From contig NC_068988.1 of the NCBI RefSeq assembly GCF_001194135.2, positions 37,127,554 through 37,191,553 on the forward strand: a DNA stretch of 64,000 nucleotides, in the 5' to 3' direction. Positions 51,905 through 64,000 of this stretch are shown piece by piece. This stretch comes from Octopus bimaculoides. Its lineage: Eukaryota. The first letter of the stretch is position 1; every line of letters starts with the position of its first letter. The notes under the pieces are model-generated. The model saw only the letters and a program-made list of their open reading frames with translations, had not been told where the DNA came from and ran no database searches. A program made the translations under genes and the position numbers.

Positions 51905-52900
51905 TACTATCAGCTGAGCTGTGTCTGCACGCTTGGTCTTGCACAGAGCTGCAATGTGGATGTTGTATCTGACGATTTCTTTTTCGATAAGCGCTGGCCG
52001 TCTCTTGTGTTTGTTTGCTTTGGTTATGTCCATGAGTATTCACACATACCATGTGCAAATGCTGTGTGGTGTCACCGACATTTTTGTGTTGGTGATTCCA
52101 CCGCATGGTTGAGATTCTAACCTGCCGTGGTATGCCGGCCAGAGTATGCCATGTGAGGTAAGGAGGTTATGTTTTATTTGGGGCACCTTTTCTAGCCACT
52201 TCCGTAGGCTATGGAGTTGAGTGATCCTAAAGAAGGCTGCTCAGACATTGAGTGGTGTTCTGAGCCTCACTGTTGTTTCGGTCCAATGGGTAACGACCCT
52301 ACGCCCTAGGTTGCGTGTGTGTAGGTTCGTGACTACAGCTTCCAGTGCACTCATAACTACTGTTCCATCATTCGCCCATCACTACAGGGCTTGAAGGCAG
52401 GGGTGGGATGCTGAGATGTTTTGAATTGCGCGTGACATGGATTAAAGCGAGATATGTTCAGCAACATCATATGCCTCACTCTCTGATAACTTCCTTACCG
52501 ATTCCAGTAGCAAGACGAAATCAAGACAACTGGAGTTAAGCAGGAATGTTGTGAAATGCTGCAGGTATCACTGTGCCTTGTTCGTACTCCACAACGCTTG
52601 CTGCTCCGCACTCTTGCTCGTTGTACCAATCTCATGGTTTACCCCGCACAGTCCGCCGGGTCCAGTCTTCACATGGACAGGTAAACAAGCCCTAGTTCAC
52701 TGATGGAGTGAGAACTGTGAGCTAGCTTCACCGTGGTTTAGCCGCCTTGTGCAAGTCATTTTCTGAGGTGTGGCTGCTGTTGCATACACAAAGCTTCAAG
52801 GGGTCACAGGTGTGAGCTTGGTGTCTGGAGAGTACCAAAGCTGACGAAATACACCGAAGAGAACCACATGTTCCCTCGTCAAGATACTATCCGACTCAGA
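51905..52900 (-). mobile_element. RTE-clade LINE 5' end (GC-richer 5' UTR plus start of AP endonuclease)
   Basis: Minus frame 52065-51921: ICTWYV*ILMD..KRRPALIEKEIVRYNIHIAALCKTKRAD, compare the RTE APE start IGTWNVRTLMD..ERRTALIARELARYNIDIAALSETRLAD. The UTR extent is inferred from the GC shift. Confidence 0.65.
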
Positions 52901-53066
52901 CACACCGTACGTTCCAATCAACGTACAAATGGGCTAACTTTCTGGATCAATATTGCAGTATATTCATCACTCAATGGAATAAAAATATCTTTTAGATGTG
53001 AATCCAAGAGCAATCCATCCATAATATGAGTGTTCTACTTCAAGCACTCTATTACGGATATTCTTT

Positions 53067-53269
53067 ACTACTCTAGGCCCGAAATTTTGGAGGAGGGGGC
53101 CAATCGATTAAATCGACCTCAGTATGCAACTGGTACTTAATTTATCGACCTCGAAAGGATGAAAGGCAAAGTCGATCTCGGCGGAATTTGAACTCAGAAC
53201 GTTAAGACAGACGAAATACCGATAAGCATTTCGCCCGGCATGCTAACCATTCTGCCAGCTCGCCGCCTT
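53067..53269 (-). mobile_element. Family C SINE with 21-bp TSD
   Basis: Flanks actctattacggatattcttt (53046-53066) and actctattgcagatattcttt (53270-53290), 19/21 identical. Confidence 0.9.
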
Positions 53270-54384
53270 ACTCTATTGCAGATATTCTTTTATTCTTCTA
53301 CTCTTTTACTGTTGAACAATATACAGACATAATTTTTTAAAAGATTCAAAGAATGAAATCGCATTTGTGATTAGCACTCTTTCTGACTTCTCTTTCTTTT
53401 TCTCTCCCATTCTTTCTCTCTCTTTCTCCCCTCTCTTTCCCCTCTCTCTATATCTCTCTCTTACCTTAGTGATGTATTTTGTTTGTTATGAACGAAGGAA
53501 AAAATATTCCTGGCGGTTTCATGTACAATAATTAATTTGGTAAGTGTTCCCAATTTGAAAACCAATGCATTGAAATACCAGACAGTCAGGTACTCGAAAC
53601 AATGCAGTAGAGAGCTGAACATCACTCTCTTGTCCAAGTAGATGCGGTAATTAAATACTGGTGTTCATTATGTTTACCGGTGTTATATCGTTATATCAAT
53701 AAACTTCTTGAGTATTCAAATAGCGGGCTTATTTTCGATCAGTTTGCTTTTGTATGTGCTAAGTTCATTTACCTTTGCCAGTATAGTTGCATGGAAGTTT
53801 GGCTGCAACAGGCTAACTTACTCATGCTACAGAGCTAGAAGACTATTTATTTAGTGGTGGCCTTGTGACCAACTCAACTCTGACTCCCCATCCTGATATG
53901 TGTATTTGTTACGGTTGTTTTGAAAGTATTTTCCATGTGAATAACCTTAAACTATTTTTAGTTAAAAACCACCGACAGCACTTACTAAACATGCATTTAT
54001 TTCCGAGAATCGGAATGAAATTTAAATGCGCATTAATATAATTACATGGTTATTCATGGGTTTATAAAGAAAAAATTACAGTTGATATTTTTCAGTTATT
54101 TCTGTTTTTCAAAAAACTTATACTATTTTTAGTAGAACATATCAAAATATCGACTACATTTACCAAACGAGCATTTATTACGCGGAAGCCAGAGAAAATT
54201 TAAATACACATTAATATAATTACATAGTTATTCATGAGCTTATAAAACATTATTTTGTAATTTCTTTTCTCTTCTATATTTCTTTACGTTTATTTATTTT
54301 CATGAATGATACATTTAAAATTACTACAGAAATTATGAAAGGTTTAATGGACACCAACAGACAAAAAGAATATATATATGTACA

Positions 54385-54387
54385 TTC

Positions 54388-54443
<56 letters not shown>

Positions 54444-54522
54444 NNNNNNNNNNNNNNNNNNNNNNNNNNNNNNNNNNNNNNNNNNNNNNNNNNNNNNNNN
54501 NNNNNNNNNNNNNNNNNNNNNN

Positions 54523-54584
<62 letters not shown>

Positions 54585-54926
54585 TGTGCGTGTGTATGTA
54601 TCAACGAGATGTGTAGTCAAACTGAAATAATTGCTGTAAGAGGTTCCTTATGCAACAAGTTAAATAATAGTTTCAAAGTGTGTTGAACATGAAGCATTAC
54701 TGGATAAGTTGTTTCGTGTTACAGTGTATATCTTGATGGTAAGTGGGTTTGACTCTGAAACATTAACCAGATGTTATAAAACAAAATTCAGAGAGAATGT
54801 ACCAGAATTCGATATTTTGGCGTTAAGTGGCTATGTCTGTAAATATGTATTGAAACATTTTTCTCAGAGCAGTTCTTAACATGTAAATTGTGACAACATT
54901 TGAAAGAGAAAAGAAAAATGGTGAGT

Positions 54927-55016
<90 letters not shown>

Positions 55017-55045
55017 TAATAGATAGATGGATAGATAGACAGATA
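54385..55045. repeat. (TG)n around an N-gap, and a (GATA)n array
   Basis: (TG)n at 54385-54590; (GATA)n at ~54925-55045. Confidence 0.95.
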
Positions 55046-55537
55046 GATTACTTTCATGCATTAATGTTAATGGTATCAAGTTCATCTACCTCAAAGGTGG
55101 GCAACGGTCAATGGTGCAAACCCTCTTTTCAAGCCAAAATGCTAAAGGTTAAAACTAATATTACACATACATTACTGGGCACGGTGTTGTTATTGTTGAG
55201 TAACAGATCAGCTTTGAGTATTCCAGCTTTGACGATACTGATTTTGTTTTCTCGTTTCTGTATCTACAATGTACTTTAAGACGGTGGAGAATGATTTAAG
55301 GATATTTGAATGCGGTTATCACTAACGGTTCATGTAAATGCAGGAACGCTTCTTGTTCTTGCAACCTATCCAAATGACCTAAATTTACAAAGTGATTTAC
55401 AGAGGATAAACAAATATAGGAGACTAAATTTACCCACACAAAAACGGAGTAGAGACACCCCTTAACATCAAACCTCCACAAAAATAATACAAGAACTTAT
55501 ATGAAATACAGTTTTTAAAAAATGAAGTCAACTATCT

Positions 55538-55591
<54 letters not shown>

Positions 55592-56702
55592 CGTATTCTG
55601 TCATTAGTAACAACAAAACAAAGCGAAGTAAATGAACGCCAACATCATTATTCTACATGCTTCATACAGAGATATGACATCAGTGAAAACAAGAAAGACA
55701 AAGATATATTTAATGATTTATAAATATGTCTTTTATCTTTTACATGTTTAAGTCATTAGACTGCAGGGATGATTGCATCCAAGGAAATATTAGTTTAATA
55801 CCTTGTATTTTGGGGGAATGAAATTCCCTTAAAACAATAGGTATATTAAGCATATAGTTTATATCCAGTTAAAAGAAGAAAAGGAAATGGTGATATGGAA
55901 CTTAATAATTATTTATCAATAACAAATTGATCATCTTCGCTCCTTACAGGCGTTTCAATTAATACTAAATATTTTAAATGTAAATTTGTACATTAAATTT
56001 GCATTTATGTGACATGAGCATAATTTCATCAGAGAAAAAAGAAGATGCACCTTTGGATGTTATATGTGGACTTATCAGTCCATTTCAGCAGACTAAACAT
56101 TGTGGTTTATGATTTGTACTATTACATGCTGAAGGGTTTACAGATTGATTAGAATATGATTAGGGATAAAGTAAAGTAAATAAAACTAGAATACTATATC
56201 AAGTAAAAATAGAGATGTTTGAGGAAAGATAAATATAAATAAGGTAAATTTCTAGTTAATAAAAGGTATAAAATATTCATTTATAGAGTATAAATAAAAT
56301 TATAAACAACATAGCGTCTATAATTTATGTCTAAATGTACTTCCTTTTTCTTGTATTTATATGAATATGTGCATACACACACATACGTAAATTATTATGG
56401 ATATGTGTAGTATAGGTATGTCTATATACGCATAAATCCACATATATGCGTAAGCATACATGTATACATACGTATATATGATATAGATGATTGTATGTAT
56501 ATGTATATATACGTGAGTGTGTGTGTGACTCTAAATATACGTGTTCATAAACAGATGTGTGCAAGAGTGCGTGCAACAGTGTATCCGTTTATATTCGCAT
56601 GCATATATTTTGTGCACGCGGGTGAGTGCGGCAATATCTATATGTATGAATTTACTATTATAATAATAATTGAGAGGTAGCTGAGTATGTGTATAGCAAT
56701 AC

Positions 56703-56739
<37 letters not shown>

Positions 56740-57120
56740 NNNNNNNNNNAGAGAGAGAGAGAGAGAGAGAGAGAGGTAGAGACAGAGAAAGAGAGAGGGA
56801 AAGGTGGAGGTGGTTGACATTTTTCAATTTTATATATTTTTCACATAGCCTTCCTAATCGAGTTTTCGTTTTAGCCGTATAAGTGTCTGTGAAAATTAAC
56901 AGATGTTATTGATAAAAAAAAGGCAATAACTTATGGGATTTTAAAAACCCATTCGTCCATGAGGCAATACTTGTAGCAAAGTATAATCGGAGACACATGC
57001 ACACGCACACATATGCTGTGCGGTGAAGAATTTCTCTTGGCAATTACTTGGTTGCGAGTTCATATTCAGTGAACTTTGAAATTCCTTCATATATATATGT
57101 GTATGTGTGTGTGTGTTGTG

Positions 57121-57153
<33 letters not shown>

Positions 57154-58463
57154 GTGATTTTCCTGAAATAAAAGTATAACATGTGTGCCATGGAATTAAT
57201 TCAACTAAAAAAGCAAAGTGCCACAAGACTTTGTTAGAGATGGAAGCGGTGTGTATTTGTAGAAGGTTTTTAAATGTTTTGGTTCATATTCCTATACAGT
57301 GGACAGTCTTCTCGATACTGCAGAAATCAGTCGTTAGTTTAATTATATATGTCTAAAACCTCAAAATGAAATTTGTCACAAATACATATAAATATTGAAT
57401 TCTTATTTTAAAATAAAGCCATAAATTTGCAGGAGAAAACTCCACTTCATTGAATATTCTCTCATATGCTGGAACATAAAAGTCAAAATATTACCCAGTG
57501 GAATTAAATACAAGACGTTACGAGTCAAAAACTAAATACGGTAAATTATTTAGTTTAGTATTGTTCAGTGGCAGACATATTGACTCCCTCTTCTGTCTTA
57601 AAATACGAAGTATGAGATATTTCATTAAAACATATGCTATTTTTTATTAGTTCTGAATCTCCTTTTGAAAATTTACTGGATGATGGTATTTTGGTTTGTA
57701 TTTTATTGATAATTAGTAAAAAAGTTATCGAAAAACCTAATTAAAGAGACAAGCCATTATGAAAATTATTATTACAAAAGACTAATTAATCAATCGGAAC
57801 TTTTTTCAACCACTATTCAATCCAGGATATTGATTATTGAAATGAAATCTAATAAAATATATAGAGAGGAAAAAGAACATTTCAAACGAGAACTTTTTAG
57901 TTATTGACTCCAATCACAGTTTAAATTAGGAGACTGATATATATGTGCAAGCGTTTGTGTGTGATTGTGTATTTATATGTGTGTATGTGTGTGTCTCTGT
58001 GTAGCAATACTTCACAATGGTAGAAAACACTCAGCGAGCCTATTCTGCCAGACAGGTTCAAATCCTTAATTGATGTTTTCGCTTCATCTACTATTCGCGA
58101 TTGCGATTTCTGTCAACTTGATTAAAAAATTTTCCACAGTGGCTTAGTTAGTAACTAAAGGATTCTGTGTTTTTATTTCAGTCATATGTAGGTGGCAAAT
58201 AATGTAGAAAAATATGTACGCTTCTAGAAATTTTGGATATTTATGCTCATGTTTTAGTTTAGATTTTAACTTCAAGTAAGCTCAGAATATATTAGCATTT
58301 TGTCTTCAAACATATACATATTTGCGCAGATGTTTCTGAACCGTTTTGTCGTTGTAAAGAAAATTCGTATGTATACCCGATGTTTACCTTCACTTATGTA
58401 TGTATGTATGTATGTATGTATGTATTTATGTATGTATGTATGTATTTGTGTGTGTGTATGTAT

Positions 58464-60150
58464 GTCATTCTTCAGTTTTATTTCAAGATTTCTTTCCAAT
58501 AGAGAAAGAGCCAGTTTCTAATCTACATCCAAGGCTCCTTCGTTGAATTTTCAACATCAACAACAGTGTATTTTTGTTTACATGTATGTACATGTGCCGA
58601 TTTGTGCGTTTTGCGTTATGTATGTATTCTCATGCATATAGTTACATATCTAGACACGCTTACATATATTTAAATAATAAACGTTTGGAAACTTTTACAG
58701 ATTTTTACAGTTCCAGTGATGGATTGGATCTGTAGTCTTCGAATTAGCTTTCTCCTTTCTTGTTTTGAGAAGCCCAATTTCTCAAGACTGGTATTTAGGC
58801 AGTGTGTTACATATCTCAGGGCCCCAATAATTACAGGTATAAACCTCAATTTGTAATTTGGACATAGTAATTGCAGATTTCTTAATAGTTCAGCATAGGT
58901 ATTCTATTTTTCGTTGATCTTTAGCTTTGTTAACATCTTCTGGGCAGCTAATTTCCACAACTGTACACAGTTTCTCTTCCGTACCCCAAATAATTATCTC
59001 AGATCTGTTGTGCTAACATTTTATTGAAGTCTTCATGGTACATTCCACCAGTACTCCATTGATTGGCTATGGCTTCTACCATACTGTGGGCTCTTATTTA
59101 TTTGTGCTTCCGACGGATTTCATTACAGAGTGTTCTAGTTACAACATTATGTTTCGTCTGTAGATAATACCGTGATGACATTTTCGGACAACTGCTTATC
59201 ATGTGGGTGATATCTTCGGTGTTACTTCCACAAAGTCTGCATCGGTTATTACATTTTACTGATTTTCCTACATCTTTATCCCTTTTGTGCATCAGGTAGT
59301 TGGTTGATATTTCCTGTTCCTGGATTGCAAACGCATACTCTTCAAAGTGGGAGGTCGCAATCCGGTAATTGATAATGTTAGACTGCTTTGATGAGTAATA
59401 TTACTATCATCTCGGAGCTTTCTACTAACAAATCCACACATAGTCTTCTACTCATATAGTCTCATCCTTTCCTGTGATGATACGTTACGGTAGAGTCGTG
59501 CGCCTTCACTGGACATGTATCCTAGGTTATCAGACTAAGAATGTTGCTCAAGGAACTGCCTTCCAAGTCTTATGAAGTTATCAGCCTCGTGTATGCAAAC
59601 TTGGTCAAATGATGGACTTCGACACTTGGTGGTTAAAGGATGTTGCCGAAAGGATATGATACGACATTCAAAAGCATTTGGGATCAACTTTAAGCCTCTA
59701 CTACCTTGTTAGTATTTCTTGGGTATTCATATCAATGGCTCGCATCTCATCAGGCGTCCAATCTAGCAGCCCAGATGTTGGTATAAGTACTGGCACTGCA
59801 AACACATTGTGGGCCACTGTCTTATTGAATGCAGAGAGGTCCAAATTTTCTTTATTCTGCTGTAATATGTTTTAGTGACACGTGTTTTGTTACAGGTGCC
59901 ATTGTAAGATGTTTTCATCCAACTTTAGATACCTGTAACATTACTCGTCATATATAGAGGAAACAGTCAAATCATTGATGGAGATGTTGCCATTCTGGTT
60001 TATAGTTTTTCCCCTTTTCACAGCCATATAATAACATTTATCCTGACCAAACTGTAACCCTACATCCTTTGAGAATGTTGTAACTAGGTTAAGGCTCTTT
60101 TTCATCTCACATATTTTTTGCATAAAGTCTCAAGTCATCCACATAGGTAA
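58464..60150 (-). pseudogene. 5'-truncated R4-like RLE LINE flanked by (TACA)n
   Basis: TYVDD at 60148-60134; VGLQFGQDKC; SAFNKTVAHNVFAVPVLIPT; EEYAFAIQEQEISTNYL; CRLCGSNTEDITHMISSC; EKLCTVVEISCPEDVN; 3' UTR. (ATGT)n at ~58396-58445 and 60152-60180. Confidence 0.9.
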
Positions 60151-60832
60151 ATATGTATGTATGTATGTATGTATGTATGAGCGAATGACGGAATAGATGA
60201 TATACTTGTGGTTGTCCATTGAATATAATAATGAACACCGCTTTCAAATGTCACCCTGTTTTGTCTGGACTTTCCAGTTATTGATGTGCAGCTTCAATTG
60301 CTGATAACATATCGTATGTGTACTGTCGTTGGAATCTAAGTATTATTCTACAGGAATTACACTACAAGCGTCTTCTAGTATCCTTGGAGGTGTCACGTCA
60401 TATCTTACAGCATTGACAACATTAAATGGGAGAGAGCTGGTTGCTGTTGCTGTCATTCTTCAATGTACTATTCAGCTCGTCTTTGCATTATTTCCTTGAC
60501 ACTTATGTTGTGTGATGTCCATAGTGTAACTAACACGAGAGGACCTACGAGGGAAATATCAGTCACTCATGTATAGTACATGTCCGATTCATCTCAGTTA
60601 ATGTCAATATAGTGTGGATTCGCTGCCGCTGGTGCTGTCTTTGATGGGTATTATTGCATATTATTCTTAAATGAAGTATACTCTAAGGATCTACTAGAGA
60701 CACTAGATACAAAGTGATTCTGAACTATTAATGTGTCGTCTGTATCTGGTCTATGCCACTCTTCCATACATGCGACTGGAATGTATGACACATACGAACG
60801 TATTGTGGGAGGGGCGTGTGCGTGTGTGTGCG

Positions 60833-60872
<40 letters not shown>

Positions 60873-62501
60873 CGCGTGCATGCAGAATACTTATATCAAA
60901 AGATAACGCTGCCGTTATATACGAAACATATCTTCCCATGCTATTCCTAACATTGAGTTCTCTATGAATTAATGTTTGCATCATGTATCACATATGCCAG
61001 TGTGCTTTACACAATTCTTTTCATTATGATGGAGATATATATGTATGTGTATTCTTCTTTGGAAATTATTTAATTACTTTCCCTATTTTCAAAATTTAAA
61101 CTGCTCCTAACAAAGTACCAGGCTCTTGCGGTTTGGCCAAAGCAACTCTTGTGGCTTATATGTAACTACATTGACTGGTCTGTGCATCTATGTGTGCGTA
61201 TGCAAATGTGTGCGCACACGTACAAACGCGTGTGCATGTCAAAATTTATATACACGTGCATGTGCTTCATTACTGTTTGTATGTGTGGTCATGTCTATTT
61301 TGTATGTATATGTGAATGTGTCCATGCGTCCAGCGCAGGAATCTAAAAACGGAAATTCACTGAAATATTTAACAAATTTTCACTCCGCTTCTAATCGATT
61401 GTGTTTGAAAAATACAAGAAAATTTATTCTGTTCTTTTCGAAGAACCCTAATATCTCTAGGTTCTTCTACAAATTTGTTGTAACCTATCTCAAAATACTA
61501 ATGAAAATACAAGACCTGTATGCATATCATTATTACTGTTCTTGTTCTTCCAGCAATTTTCACGAGGCATTCACAGCTGCTAAGCTGTCCATCTTTACAA
61601 CAGTACACGACTTTTGCTCCCTGCCCATAAAACTATATCTGACTTATTGTGCTTACAGTATGTTATTTTATTCTATGTGTGCATACATTCTATTTCTGTG
61701 GTACCTTTTGTATGACGGTAAGTACTCATTATAGAGAGGTTTACCAACAATGGCACCTTATATCATGCAAATATCTTTGGACAAATGCTAAAGATATGTA
61801 TGATGTCTTCCACGTTAGTATGACTAAATCGATATTTTCAATTACAACATGGAGGCCAGAAGTATCCTTATTTCAATAATTAATGAGGTGGTTAGTAGCT
61901 ATGTCTTTTTCCTGGAAAAGATGATGCGAGTATTTATCGCATGTACAGAAATTACTATCTCTATCTATATTGTTATCATCTACTGGTTTCGTAGATATGT
62001 AAATATGCGTAGCATTTTGCAAAAGCAGTGTGTATTCTTACCCCAAATATCTGTTTAATTTGCTCAACCAGCCACTCTTAACTCACAATGAATACATGCA
62101 CACTCGGAGTACTTGCTCAATTCTTCCCCTAAGCTAATTTTACTGTCATTATGGAACATAAATATAATTTATATTCTCTTAACTGTTCAGTAAATGTTGT
62201 CTCATTGATACGATGCAGTACTCAAATGCCATATGAACTAATCTTATGTATCAGCCTCCATCCCTCCTTTTAACACAGATTCTAGAAGTGTCACTGTTGA
62301 TATGGATTATTACATCGATAAATTGCTATAATATTAAGTTCTCAATGATCCACTGAATTCCACTTAATTTCTAAGACCAACGTTTTATTTTAGCCTTTCC
62401 TGACATTCAGAAAAGCATGGGCACCATAATCTTGCGATACTTTTTCCTTTTGGTTTCCGTAGTATAATACCGATAATTATACACTAGATATGAATATATA
62501 C

Positions 62502-62570
<69 letters not shown>

Positions 62571-62667
62571 GGAAGAATTCACACAAAAACAAAAGACGAA
62601 GACAGATGGTGTAGACAATAAACAGATGTATTACTATAACGCTCGGGAAGTGAAAAAGTATTTAACA

Positions 62668-62702
62668 TTTCGAGCCTATGCTCTTCTACAGAAGGGAACA
62701 AA
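62668..62702 (-). ncRNA. Degenerate hammerhead-like motif in the pLTR
   Basis: Minus strand CTGTAGAA-GAGC atag GCTC-GAAA-TGTT. Helix II is intact; helices I and III are disrupted. Confidence 0.3.
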
Positions 62703-63259
62703 GAAAGAAACAAGGAGAAACAAGGAGAAACAAGGAGAGAAAAACAAGAATATGTAGTGGCTGGTGATCTATCATAGCGAATGCCGGACAGAAGGGTTAG
62801 ACAAGAGAGCTAGGAAGAAGGGGAGATAATAACGTAGTGGTGATCCCAAAACGAAGGTGCACGACAGTATAAGAGAGTTCCTATGTGCGTGTGGAAGGGG
62901 CTGGTGATATTGACGTGTGCGTGTGTGTATGTGTAGGTGTGAAAATATGGGGCTGGGAATTGGTCAGTGCTGGTGTGTATGTGGTGGTGTGTTGTGATGT
63001 GATGTGTTGTGTGGCATGGTGTAATGGTATGTGATGTGGTGTGATGGTGTTAGGAGGTAGGGAGGTGACAGTGGGAAAAGCATTGGAGGGATGTGGGTTG
63101 GGCTGAGGGTGGGGGTAGAAGTGGGTATGTGGGAGTGGATGTAAGGGATAGGTTAAGGGATAGGTGTAAGGGATGGGAAAGATAGGGAAGGTGGAGTTGG
63201 AATGTGTAGGGGTAGGGTGGGCTTACGAGGGAGGGTTGACAATGAAGGGGGTAGGAGAA

Positions 63260-63510
63260 GATGGGTAGGAGTGAAGAGAAGAGAGAAAGAGAGTAGGAGT
63301 GAAGAGAAGAGAGAAAGAGAGTAGGAGTGAAGAGAAGAGAGAAAGAGAGTAGGAGTGAAGAGAAGTAGGAGTGAAGAGAAGTTNNNNNNNNNNGAAGAGA
63401 AGAGAGAAAGAGAGTAGGAGTGAAGAGAAGTAGGAGTGAAGAGAAGTTGGAGTGAAGAGAAGTAGGAGTGAAGAGAAGTAGGAGTGAAGAGAAGTAGGAG
63501 TGAAGAGGAG
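63260..63510. repeat. Minisatellite of 16-bp GTAGGAGTGAAGAGAA units with GAGAGAAAGAGA variants
   Basis: Tandem units read directly; 10-N gap at 63384-63393. Confidence 0.9.
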
Positions 63511-63583
63511 TAGATGTCGAGCAAGAGAGGAGAGGTGGGTGGGAGGAATTAGGTGTGAGGGGGAGAAAAGCAAGGGTAGGAAG

Positions 63584-63979
63584 TTAGATGAAGAGGGGAG
63601 GAGCGTTGTATCCATGTGGCACAAAGGAGCGAAGGCGCAAGCGAGAGTCCGGATGGCCCCCGTGCAAGGACAATCCGAACACGGACAGGTGTTGTAAAGA
63701 GTGACCGGTAGAGCGGAAATGGCGTGAGATCGGGGTGTCATTTCCGAATCGGATGTCTCGGAGGTGCTCCGCGAAGCGGTCAGCCAAGCGGCGTTCCGTT
63801 TGCCCGATGTATAGAGTAGGGCAGAAAGAGCAGGAGATGCAGTAGATGATATTGGTAGAAGTGCAGGTGAAGGAGTCGGTGATGTGATAGGCTCTATGTT
63901 GGGTGCCGGTGAAGAGGGTGGTGTTGGAGAGGTAAGGGCAAGTGCAGCAGCGTGGGCGGGAGCAGGGAAACGAGCAAGC
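63584..63979 (-). CDS. Uninterrupted 131-aa C-terminal PLE frame: Cys-rich linker plus GIY-YIG endonuclease (no start codon, truncated)
   Basis: ACSFPCSRPRCCTCPYL..SFTCTSTNIIYCISCSFCPTLYIGQTERRLADRFAEHLRDI..PISRHF..HS..PHGYNAPPLFI*. Confidence 0.85.
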   Translation of the reverse strand, partial: ACSFPCSRPRCCTCPYLSNTTLFTGTQHRAYHITDSFTCTSTNIIYCISCSFCPTLYIGQTERRLADRFAEHLRDIRFGNDTPISRHFRSTGHSLQHLSVFGLSLHGGHPDSRLRLRSFVPHGYNAPPLFI

Positions 63980-64000
63980 TTGTATATATATATATATATA

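Larger units (their letters stand above)
62568..63981 (-). mobile_element. 5'-truncated Penelope-like element (GIY-YIG, 3' region and pLTR)
   Basis: GIY-YIG frame, then a pLTR homologous to 2060-2235; (TA)n/(TG)n on both sides. Confidence 0.85.

Noticed and set aside
54018-54246. 51-bp direct repeat (54018-54068 and 54196-54246, 46/51 identical)
   Set aside because: AT-rich local duplication; too long for a TSD and no element recognised between the copies.
61126-61734. 202-aa plus ORF
   Set aside because: Built partly from (TG/CA)-rich low-complexity sequence with a Cys/Val/Tyr bias; no domain similarity.
63260-63510. Regular 16-bp repeats as a CRISPR-like array
   Set aside because: The units are contiguous with no unique spacers, there are no cas genes, and the context is eukaryotic; it is a minisatellite.

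Overview
AT-rich, repeat-dominated eukaryotic DNA with ten assembly N-gaps, most next to microsatellites. The repeat families look octopod-like (inference from recalled repeat sequences; no search run). No host gene can be called with confidence: only a few short splice-site-bounded exon candidates were seen, and these can arise by chance. The window is mostly decayed mobile DNA: at least ten fragments of R4/Dong-like RLE-type LINEs, one L1/Tx1-like RT fragment, an RTE-like 5' end, several Penelope-like (PLE) fragments including an uninterrupted GIY-YIG frame, a Helitron Rep remnant, a mariner-type MITE, three tRNA-derived SINE families, and many di-, tri- and tetranucleotide microsatellites. 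The best leads are (1) a type I hammerhead ribozyme fold at 3308-3362 with an intact core, plus an A6U-variant hammerhead in a PLE terminal repeat; (2) a 5-kb head-to-tail stack of seven co-oriented RLE-LINE-type 3' ends in (AAT)n arrays; (3) an R4-like lineage flanked by (TACA)n instead; (4) a non-coding retroposon carrying a captured piece of RLE coding sequence; and (5) a ~235-bp fold-back palindrome beside the Helitron remnant. No bacterial-type system, CRISPR array, rRNA or bona fide tRNA gene was found. Element boundaries are read by eye and approximate unless motifs are quoted.
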